Positions 8,603-16,096 of a DNA stretch of 35,340 nucleotides are shown piece after piece; position 1 is the first letter of the stretch, and each line of letters opens with the position of its first letter. The notes below the pieces were generated by a model, which was not told the DNA's origin, made no database searches, and worked only from the letters and a program-made list of their open reading frames with translations. Made by a program: the position numbers and the translations under genes. This stretch comes from an uncultured bacterium (GTDB taxonomy: Bacteria > Bacteroidota > Bacteroidia > NS11-12g > UBA9320). The stretch covers positions 1 through 35,340 of the forward strand of contig CBDUMX010000002.1 in assembly GCA_965368435.1 (NCBI GenBank). The letters run 5' to 3'.

Positions 8603-9499
8603 CTATTTTATCAATTCTTGATAGCTAAATATAGTGTTATAACCCTTGCCTCTAAAATAATTCATATCACTTTCTCCACCACATGCCAAAATAAAATCTC
8701 CACCCCAGGCTCCTAATGATTTTATTGCAAAAGGATAGTCTTTAAATGCAGATTCTTTGACCGTAGGTAAATTCAAAATTTTAGATAATATTTTCTCGTG
8801 CTCTGAAATAAGTAGTTGAAAATAATCTAAGTCTGTACTAGACACTATTTCCCTACTGATTTTGCTAATGCGTTCTATTTCGCTTGTAGATATAGATAAG
8901 GCTTCAAATCCCTTAATGGCATCTCTGCTGTTTTGCTTTCTGTTTAGATAAACAAAAAATAGCTTATTTCTAAAAGCTGGATTCCATACAAAACTATCCC
9001 AAGCAGGAGGATAGCTGTATAATAACTCACTCCCAACCATACCAACAGCTATATCATATCCACTTCCACCAAATGACTGTTCTGACAATGCAAATGCATC
9101 TACCTCCGCCCATTTAGCAATATTGCATATCAATGTTGAACTGCTGCCTAAGCCCCAATCTTTATCGAATTCTAAGTAGGTCTCAACTTTAAAACTCCGC
9201 CCTTTTAAAAATTCTGAATTCAAACTTTTAGCAGAGTTAAGCAGCTTCAACAAGGCTTTAGATTTCAATTCGTCGCTAGTATTAAGAAGGCTCATATCAC
9301 TCATTTGAATCTTACATTCAAACCAAATGGATGAATCCTGAAGAAATGCTTTCCAGTGCAGAATATTATCGGAATCATCCATTTCTTCTACTTGCATTTT
9401 TTGTCCAAACTTGCAAGGAACTGCAAAAGCTTCAGAGCCTTTGAGCACTAAATACTCACCTGAAATTAGGAGTTTGCCTGGAGAGTAATATTGCTTCAC
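8603..9499 (-). CDS. GYDIA-motif GHMP-family kinase; candidate non-orthologous phosphomevalonate kinase
   Basis: 298 aa. N-terminal PGKLLISGEYLVLKG (PMK-like GEY). GHMP loop DWGLGSSSTLICNIA. Literal GYDIA motif in SFGGSGYDIAVG (nt 9061-9047). GTG start. The stop abuts the MVD start (0-nt gap). Confidence 0.75.
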   Translation of the reverse strand: MKQYYSPGKLLISGEYLVLKGSEAFAVPCKFGQKMQVEEMDDSDNILHWKAFLQDSSIWFECKIQMSDMSLLNTSDELKSKALLKLLNSAKSLNSEFLKGRSFKVETYLEFDKDWGLGSSSTLICNIAKWAEVDAFALSEQSFGGSGYDIAVGMVGSELLYSYPPAWDSFVWNPAFRNKLFFVYLNRKQNSRDAIKGFEALSISTSEIERISKISREIVSSTDLDYFQLLISEHEKILSKILNLPTVKESAFKDYPFAIKSLGAWGGDFILACGGESDMNYFRGKGYNTIFSYQELIK

Positions 9500-9511
9500 T
9501 TAAAAAGTCAA

Positions 9512-10846
9512 TTAGGATAATACTTCACCACCTCTGAGCTTCTTAAATGCTTCAACAACCTCAGCGTGATGTGGTGTGTGTTTTATGAAATACTTGATGA
9601 TTTTTGATTTCTCTTCCTGTGTAGCTTCCAATTGATTCAAAATATTCAATAGGTGCATTTTCATATGTCCTTGCTGAATACCTGTTGTTGTTAAGCTTCT
9701 CAATGCTGAGAAGTTCTGAGCTAAGCCCACCGTTGCAGCTATCTGCATCAACTCTTCGGCCTGTGGATTGCCCAACATCTCGTGGGCCAACTTAACAACT
9801 GGATGTAAGCTTGTAATTCCGCCAACTGTACCAAGTGCCATAGGTACTTCAATGTGAAAGGCAAATTCACCGTCGCTAATATCTAAATGTGTTAAGCTTC
9901 TATATTGCCCGTCCTTAGATGCATATGCGTGTGCGCATGCCTCTATTGCTCTAAAATCATTGCCGGTAGCCACTATTATAGAGTCAATGCCATTCATAAC
10001 TCCTTTATTATGGGTTACTGCTCTATAAACTTGAGTTTCTGCAATATCAACGGCTGTCTTAAAGCGCTTTGCAAAATCTTCTGGACTAATATCAGTACCT
10101 TCAACCATATTGTTGATAGACGTCCGCACTTCTGATCTCACCAAACACTGAGGTGTGTAATTGCTCAGAATACACATCACCACTTCTATATGATTTGGAT
10201 TTAGAACTGACGACTCCACTGCTGATCTCAATACCGAGGCAAACTTCTCCAAACATGTATTGATAAAGTTAGCGCCCATACTATCACATGTCTCAAATCG
10301 AGCTTCTAATTGATAGTAGTTCGGAACATCTTCTGTCTTGTCTACCAAATGTATATCAAGAATCCCCCCTCCTCTATGACGCATATTTTTGGTAATAGAT
10401 TCCGTTTCAGAATAAAACTTTCCTATGCTGTTTGCTACCAAATGCATCAATGCACTTTTGTCCTCTCCTTCCCATAGAAAATGAACGTGTCCAATTTTCG
10501 TTGTGCTTACCACCTCTGCATTAAATCCACCTTTATCGAACCAAAAGTTAGCCGATTTAGCCGCTGCTGCAACAACTGAACTCTCTTCTGTGGCCATAGG
10601 CACAGTATAGTATTTATTGTTTATTAAAAAGTTAGGAGCTACACCCAAAGGCAAATAGAAGTTTGTTATAGTGTTTTCTATAAATTCATCATGCAAATTT
10701 TGCTTTGCAGTATCTTCATGCCAGTATGATTGAAGTAATTCTAAACTTTTATCTGATCCATCAAAATGTTGATTGATAAGCCATTCTATTTTCCCCTCTT
10801 TACTGAGCTTGCTAAACCCTTTTATGTATCTATCTTTATTTGTCAT
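9512..10846 (-). CDS. mvaA: HMG-CoA reductase, class II
   Basis: 444 aa. Class II signature VPMATEESSVVAAAAKSANFW. Candidate catalytic Lys/Asp/His contexts HNKGVMNGI, GNDFRAIEA and QQGHMKMHL. The ATG overlaps the upstream idi2 stop by 11 nt (ATGACAAATAA). Confidence 0.9.
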   Translation of the reverse strand: MTNKDRYIKGFSKLSKEGKIEWLINQHFDGSDKSLELLQSYWHEDTAKQNLHDEFIENTITNFYLPLGVAPNFLINNKYYTVPMATEESSVVAAAAKSANFWFDKGGFNAEVVSTTKIGHVHFLWEGEDKSALMHLVANSIGKFYSETESITKNMRHRGGGILDIHLVDKTEDVPNYYQLEARFETCDSMGANFINTCLEKFASVLRSAVESSVLNPNHIEVVMCILSNYTPQCLVRSEVRTSINNMVEGTDISPEDFAKRFKTAVDIAETQVYRAVTHNKGVMNGIDSIIVATGNDFRAIEACAHAYASKDGQYRSLTHLDISDGEFAFHIEVPMALGTVGGITSLHPVVKLAHEMLGNPQAEELMQIAATVGLAQNFSALRSLTTTGIQQGHMKMHLLNILNQLEATQEEKSKIIKYFIKHTPHHAEVVEAFKKLRGGEVLS

Positions 10847-11846
10847 TTTCTTTTAGCTTTAAGTATTGCTTAGCGAGCTTCAGACCTTCTATTTGCAGCG
10901 AAGTATACTCTTGCAATTCTTCATATGAAGTTCTTGCGTGCTTTAAAAAGGCGCTTGCTTGCCCATAGACAGCATTTGCATTAATCTTTTCAGTAAGGTA
11001 ATAGCCATCTACGAAATTTCTAACGCCACCGCTCACAATTACATCTGATTTGCAGTTCAAACTGCCCAATTCTTCGTTTAATGAATTATAATCATCCGTC
11101 ATTTCATCGGCAGTATGCCCCCAACTCGCCACTGTTGCAAATAACTCCTGTTGAATGGGCTTTGCTCTGTGCAGCTCTAATTTACTAAAGTTAGTTCCTC
11201 CATGAGCTCCAAAATCTATAGCAGCTAATGGCAAGCTCATTAATGCTTTCAGACTTTCTCGGCCGAAACCCTGACCCACCTCCTTTACGATTATATTAAT
11301 ACCTAAATCGAGGCATTTCTTAATAGTATCTAGTGGAGGATATTTAAATTTATCGCCTTCTGGCTGCAGCCATTCCTGAAGTGGATTTATATGTATTATT
11401 AAACCGTCGGTTTCCGTTTTTGAAATTAATTCATGTATTAATCTTTGCTTGCCAGCATCAAATAATTCTTCCAATTGCGCAATTCCCAGATTGGCATAAA
11501 GCGGTTGATCCTGTGCGTACTTTCTCAATTGAAAGTCCGACAAATAGGTGTCGTCCTCAAGAATTATTCTGCAAGAGCCTAATCCCATTCCCAATTTAAA
11601 CTCACCTATGGCCTTTGCTAAATTTTTATTTATTACCGATGCCTCTTTTGTGCCTCCGGTCATACTGCTCACCCATATCGGAGCATTCAGGGTTTTAGAG
11701 AGGAAGCTCATTGGACTTAAATCCTTTTCAGGATGAGCATTGAAAATTGGCTCATAGCTGAATCTACTATCTCTAGCACTCACCACAGAACTTAAAGCTA
11801 ATTCTATGTGGTCCTTTTTTCTTTCTGATGTTTTAGTATGTCCCAA
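10836..11846 (-). CDS. fni: type 2 (FMN-dependent) isopentenyl-diphosphate delta-isomerase
   Basis: 336 aa. N-terminal SERKKDHIELAL, then SSMTGG, IVKEVGQGF and SGGVRN motifs. The only available start is TTG 11846, 8 nt after the DUF2797-like stop. Confidence 0.9.
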   Translation of the reverse strand: MGHTKTSERKKDHIELALSSVVSARDSRFSYEPIFNAHPEKDLSPMSFLSKTLNAPIWVSSMTGGTKEASVINKNLAKAIGEFKLGMGLGSCRIILEDDTYLSDFQLRKYAQDQPLYANLGIAQLEELFDAGKQRLIHELISKTETDGLIIHINPLQEWLQPEGDKFKYPPLDTIKKCLDLGINIIVKEVGQGFGRESLKALMSLPLAAIDFGAHGGTNFSKLELHRAKPIQQELFATVASWGHTADEMTDDYNSLNEELGSLNCKSDVIVSGGVRNFVDGYYLTEKINANAVYGQASAFLKHARTSYEELQEYTSLQIEGLKLAKQYLKLKENDK

Positions 11847-11854
11847 TGTTGATT

Positions 11855-12712
11855 CTAAAATAAGCTCGCTTGAGTTGGACTGCTAGCATCTCCCAATGAT
11901 TCAATGCTAACTCTATATCCAGCATGACTTCTTATGTTGAGCACGCTTCCATCGTCAAAGATGAGATATTGTCCTTTGATCCCTATCATTTTTTTTCTGA
12001 TTCTCTGTTCCCTATCTAACTTTAAGCTTTTAACTTTTTCAGGATATTGAAGTACAGGATAATTAATTTCAACTATATCAACATCCTTAGATAGGTATTG
12101 TTTGTATTCTTCAGGCACTAATTCTGCCATTTCATCTCTAATACTAATAATGTCTGTTGGGTTATCAATGATTCCTTTTAGCATTTTCTGCCAATGCGTT
12201 TTATCCGCTATATGTGATTTCAATGAGACTTCAATTAATCCCGCCAATTGTCGATACGGGACTTCAGCTAATTTAACTGCCTTAACCGCACCCTGATCTA
12301 TCCATCGCGAAGGCACATTAGAAAATCTTGTTACTCCTACCTTATATCCATTCGTCAAAGAGATATAAACTATATGCGGTGCCATATGATGCTCCATTTC
12401 CCAATCGTAATCTCTCAAGGCTATTCCTTCATGTATTCTGCTCAATTCTGGTCGAACTATTGAAGGACTTGCCAATGGACTTTCCATAAACTCTTTATAG
12501 GTCAATCCTTCACCATACGCCTTCTTCATTTTTTCACCAGAAAGTACTGAATTGATATATCCCTGGTACTCTATCTCGATGAGCTTCCCAATAAAGGGAT
12601 TGAGCTCTATTGCATCAATAGGTGTTAAGATATCTTTTACGGGCAGCTTGTAGATGACATCACCATTCAGTAATTCACCACTCATCTTGCGTAAATTGCC
12701 CTCTATCTTCAT
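11855..12712 (-). CDS. conserved hypothetical protein, DUF2797-like; first gene of the mevalonate operon
   Basis: 285-aa ORF with no signal peptide or TM segment. The core GYKVGVTRFSNVPSRWIDQGAVKA plus N-terminal GNLRKM resembles what I remember of DUF2797. The protein contains no cysteine at all. The family call is from memory only. Confidence 0.6.
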   Translation of the reverse strand: MKIEGNLRKMSGELLNGDVIYKLPVKDILTPIDAIELNPFIGKLIEIEYQGYINSVLSGEKMKKAYGEGLTYKEFMESPLASPSIVRPELSRIHEGIALRDYDWEMEHHMAPHIVYISLTNGYKVGVTRFSNVPSRWIDQGAVKAVKLAEVPYRQLAGLIEVSLKSHIADKTHWQKMLKGIIDNPTDIISIRDEMAELVPEEYKQYLSKDVDIVEINYPVLQYPEKVKSLKLDREQRIRKKMIGIKGQYLIFDDGSVLNIRSHAGYRVSIESLGDASSPTQASLF

Positions 12713-12716
12713 ATAG

Positions 12717-12724
12717 CAAAGGTA
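12717..12724 (-). promoter_or_regulatory. Bacteroidota-type -7 box (TAnnTTTG) for the mevalonate operon
   Basis: Minus strand reads TACCTTTG, a perfect match, with only 4 nt (CTAT) before ATG 12712. Confidence 0.5.
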
Positions 12725-12779
12725 TTTATATTTAACTTTTCACCTCAATTTGCTAGTCCTAATCTTCATGTCTAAAGCA

Positions 12780-12787
12780 TATATTTG
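12780..12787 (+). promoter_or_regulatory. Bacteroidota-type -7 box (TAnnTTTG) for the M14 peptidase gene
   Basis: TATATTTG is a perfect match, with 5 nt (CTCGT) before ATG 12793. Confidence 0.5.
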
Positions 12788-12792
12788 CTCGT

Positions 12793-14532
12793 ATGAGGAA
12801 AGTGTTAATACTGTTGATAGCTGCTATAATAGTTTCTTGTAGTCCAACTACATTAAGTAAACACGCTCCTGCAGATCCATTAAGATCAAACAAGACTTAC
12901 AGCTATCACGAGGGTATAAGTTGGTGGGATAGCTTGGCCCGCTATTCCAAATACCTCAAGCTCGATACCTTTGGAAACACAGATGCTAACTACCCGCTGC
13001 ATATTGCCACTTTATCCATTGGTGGAGTCGATTTAAGCTCTATTTCTTCAACTAAAAAAACCATCATTTTGATAAACAATGCCATTCACCCCGGTGAGCC
13101 AGATGGAGTTGATGCAAGCATGGCATTATATCGCAATCTCTGCATGGGCGATAGTCTGCAAGCAAAGCTTGAGAATTGCATCTTAGTCTGCATCCCCTTC
13201 TATAATATTGGCGGAAGCCTGAATCGCAATACGGCAAGTAGGGCAAATCAAAACGGACCTGAAGAATACGGCTTTAGGGGCAATGCACAGAATTTGGACC
13301 TCAATCGCGATTTTGTTAAAGCTGATTCTAGAAACGCTCAAAGCTTTGCTCGTCTGCTTCAGTTAATAGACCCTGATATCTATATAGAAACTCATGTAAG
13401 CAATGGCGCTGATTACCAGTACACCATGACTTATCTCAGCACTCAAATTGATAAATTATCATTTGGTATGGGCAAGTTCTTGGAAACAGAAATGATTCCA
13501 TCTTTGGAACATGCCATGACTCAAAAAAACCAGCAAATGGTTCCTTACGTCAATGTACACGGCACAGCCTTGGGAAATGCCTATGAAGCTTTTTACGATT
13601 CTCCTCGTTACAGCACTGGCTTAACTACTTTACACCAAATATTTGGTTTCATCACAGAAACACATATGTTAAAGCCCTATGATGAAAGAGTGCAGGCTAC
13701 CTATGATTTTCTAGAGTCTATGTTGCAGTTTGCCAATAAAAATTCAATAGCAATTCAAGATGCAAGAAATAAAGCAAAAGCACAAGTTGCAAAAGCTTCG
13801 AGCTTTGTTCTTGATTGGGAAATTGATAGCTCCCGCTCCAAAAATTTCACATTTAAGGGCTATGAACACAGCTATATTCCAAGTGATATTTCAAATCACC
13901 AAAGATTGTTTTATGATAGAACTAAGCCTATAGATATCGAGATGAAATTCTACGCTTATTTCAAGCCAAAAACAAGCAGGGACAAGCCTATAGCATATGT
14001 AATACCACAAGGCTATCACCAAGTTGTAAAGCGCTTAAAGCAGAATGGAGTTAAACTGGAGGCCATGAAATTTGATGCTAAAATTGAAGTTGTTAGATAT
14101 AAAATCACCTCTTTTGAAACAGCAAATAACCCTTTTGAAAAACACTATTACCACTACAACACTAGCTTTCAAAGAGACACTATTCTTAAACAATTCATCA
14201 AGGGAGATTACATTATTAAAATGGGAACCGACAAAGATCGACTTTTAGTAGAACTGTTGGAGCCTGATGCACCTGATAGCTATTTCAATTGGAATTTCTT
14301 TGATGCCGTACTACAGCAGAAAGAGTGGTATAGCCCATATGTCTTTGAATCAGAAGCCGCTGAATTACTTCAATCAGATAGTGCATTGAGAAATGAATTT
14401 AATAATATGATGGCAACAACTCCCGGCTTTAAAGACAATTCACAATGGCAGCTGTATTGGCTGTATCAGCACAGCAAGCACTACGAAGCTGAACATATGA
14501 GTTTACCTATATATAGGTTGGAATTCCTATGA
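12793..14532 (+). CDS. M14-family zinc carboxypeptidase-like lipoprotein
   Basis: 579 aa. Lipoprotein signal MRKVLILLIAAIIVSC. M14 zinc/substrate motifs NNAIHPGEPDG (HxxE), NLDLNRDF and IYIETHV. Confidence 0.8.
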   Translation: MRKVLILLIAAIIVSCSPTTLSKHAPADPLRSNKTYSYHEGISWWDSLARYSKYLKLDTFGNTDANYPLHIATLSIGGVDLSSISSTKKTIILINNAIHPGEPDGVDASMALYRNLCMGDSLQAKLENCILVCIPFYNIGGSLNRNTASRANQNGPEEYGFRGNAQNLDLNRDFVKADSRNAQSFARLLQLIDPDIYIETHVSNGADYQYTMTYLSTQIDKLSFGMGKFLETEMIPSLEHAMTQKNQQMVPYVNVHGTALGNAYEAFYDSPRYSTGLTTLHQIFGFITETHMLKPYDERVQATYDFLESMLQFANKNSIAIQDARNKAKAQVAKASSFVLDWEIDSSRSKNFTFKGYEHSYIPSDISNHQRLFYDRTKPIDIEMKFYAYFKPKTSRDKPIAYVIPQGYHQVVKRLKQNGVKLEAMKFDAKIEVVRYKITSFETANNPFEKHYYHYNTSFQRDTILKQFIKGDYIIKMGTDKDRLLVELLEPDAPDSYFNWNFFDAVLQQKEWYSPYVFESEAAELLQSDSALRNEFNNMMATTPGFKDNSQWQLYWLYQHSKHYEAEHMSLPIYRLEFL

Positions 14533-14585
14533 GAACTATCATAGTAAAAAGCGGCTTTCATCAAATTCCTTACTCAGCCTCACTT

Positions 14586-14593
14586 TAACTTTG
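14586..14593 (+). promoter_or_regulatory. Bacteroidota-type -7 box (TAnnTTTG)
   Basis: TAACTTTG is a perfect match, 17 nt upstream of ATG 14611. Confidence 0.4.
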
Positions 14594-14610
14594 ATGTAAA
14601 TAATTAGAGT

Positions 14611-14817
14611 ATGAAAAAGAATATGGGAAGCACAGATCGAATAATCAGAATTGTTTTAGCACTGATTTTTTGTGGATTGTATTTTACGTCAACAGTGACA
14701 GGAATATGGGGAATAGTATTACTAGTGCTTGCGGCAGTTTTTCTATTAACCAGCTTTATAAGCTTTTGCCCACTGTATTTACCATTTGGGATTAGCACTT
14801 GTAAAACAAAATCATGA
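14611..14817 (+). CDS. small two-TM membrane protein, DUF2892 / YgaP-like transmembrane domain
   Basis: 68 aa. STDRIIRIVLALIF..., two hydrophobic helices and the C-terminal FCPLYLPFGISTC motif typical of the family. Its stop overlaps the next start (ATGA at 14814-14817). Confidence 0.7.
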   Translation: MKKNMGSTDRIIRIVLALIFCGLYFTSTVTGIWGIVLLVLAAVFLLTSFISFCPLYLPFGISTCKTKS

Positions 14818-15083
14818 TAAAAGACGAAATAGTAGTAGCCAACTTAAAATGCAGTGGATGCGCCACCACCATAACTGAAAAACTTGCCAAAATGCAGGAA
14901 GTTCATTCTGTTAATGTTGAGCCCGATCAAGATTTAGTTGTTGTTGAATATGAACTCGAAGAAGACCGACCAAAAATTATTCAAAGCTTAAAAAGATTGG
15001 GATATCCAGAAGCAACAGAAGAAAATGGCCTATTGCTGCAAGTAAAAAGTTATGCCAGCTGCATGATTGGTCGTTTGAAATAA
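14814..15083 (+). CDS. heavy-metal-associated (HMA) domain protein, CopZ-like
   Basis: 89 aa. CxxC metal-binding loop in VANLKCSGCATTITEKL, with ferredoxin-like beta-alpha-beta-beta-alpha-beta spacing. Confidence 0.75.
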   Translation: MIKDEIVVANLKCSGCATTITEKLAKMQEVHSVNVEPDQDLVVVEYELEEDRPKIIQSLKRLGYPEATEENGLLLQVKSYASCMIGRLK

Positions 15084-15084
15084 T

Positions 15085-16077
15085 TTAATTTAATCGCTGA
15101 CTAAGAATTTCAGTAGCGGCTTTTGCTGAATGCTCATTGTAAATAACATCGTATACAAAATTCAAGATTGGCATATCAACTCTATAATTTTTATTCAGTT
15201 CATATATACTCTCGGTTGCATAATAGCCTTCTGCAATCATTTGCATTTCCATTAAAGCATATTTAACAGAATAGCCCTTACCCAACATTGTACCTAATGT
15301 TCTATTTCTGCTGTATTGCGAATAAGCTGTTACTAAAAGATCACCTAAATAGGCAGAGCCATCAATATCTCTATCAATGGGATGAACCGCTTCTATAAAA
15401 CTTTTAATTTCTCGAATAGCATTACTCACCAATACAGCTTGAAAATTATCTCCATAGCCCAAACTATGGCAAATTCCCGACGCAATGGCGTATACATTCT
15501 TTAGAACTGCAGATATTTCGGTGCCGTAAATATCAGCACTCTCCGTAACCTGAATAAAGCTACATCTGAAGAGCTGGCTCATAGCCTCACAAAACGAAGC
15601 ATTAGTTGAAGCGAAGGTTAAATAAGAGAGTTTCTCTTGAGCTACCTCTTCTGCATGACAAGGACCAGTAATTACACCAAAATCTGATTCATCGATTGAC
15701 TTATCGCTGAATAAATATTCACCCAAGATTTGTCTTGTCTGAGGCACTACTCCTTTTACAGCTGAGATTATCTTTTTTCCTTTTAGTAATTCATTGTCGA
15801 TAGGATGTAGAAGCTCATAAGTGAAAGCCGAAGGTGTGACAAGTATAATCACATTATTATTTCTGATTAATTCTTCTGCATCTGTAGATGCTTGCAACCG
15901 ACTCGTATCTAAACGCACTGAGCGCAAGTACTTAGGATTAGCACCTTTAGAATTTATATAAGAAGCGCTTTCTGCCTGCCTAACCCACCAATCTACTTTA
16001 AGATCTTTCTGTTCTAACAGTATCTTTACAATAGCTGTTCCCCAACTACCACCACCCATTACCAGAATCTTATTCAT
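15085..16077 (-). CDS. gpsA: NAD(P)H-dependent glycerol-3-phosphate dehydrogenase
   Basis: 330 aa. Rossmann N-terminus KILVMGGGSWGTAIV. Length and internal motifs (GPCHAEEVA, NVYAIASGI) are typical of GpsA. Confidence 0.9.
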   Translation of the reverse strand: MNKILVMGGGSWGTAIVKILLEQKDLKVDWWVRQAESASYINSKGANPKYLRSVRLDTSRLQASTDAEELIRNNNVIILVTPSAFTYELLHPIDNELLKGKKIISAVKGVVPQTRQILGEYLFSDKSIDESDFGVITGPCHAEEVAQEKLSYLTFASTNASFCEAMSQLFRCSFIQVTESADIYGTEISAVLKNVYAIASGICHSLGYGDNFQAVLVSNAIREIKSFIEAVHPIDRDIDGSAYLGDLLVTAYSQYSRNRTLGTMLGKGYSVKYALMEMQMIAEGYYATESIYELNKNYRVDMPILNFVYDVIYNEHSAKAATEILSQRLN

Positions 16078-16096
16078 GGCTCAAAAATGCACATTT

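Noticed and set aside
5769-12712. Mevalonate operon as a recently transferred archaeal-type island
   Set aside because: No visible compositional shift against the flanks. No integrase, tRNA or repeats at the borders. The promoter is the native Bacteroidota type. HMGR is the bacterial class II type.
12714-12755. Inverted repeat TAGCAAA ... TTTGCTA (28-nt spacer) in the divergent promoter region of the mevalonate operon
   Set aside because: Both arms largely coincide with TTTG-type promoter elements, and TTTGCT recurs at 12784. It is most simply explained by promoter consensus rather than a separate structure or operator.
14604-14798. Minus-strand 64-aa ORF overlapping the DUF2892 gene
   Set aside because: The plus-strand frame gives a coherent two-TM protein with the family's C-terminal CPL motif, a -7 box upstream and an ATGA overlap with the next gene. 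The minus frame has none of these.
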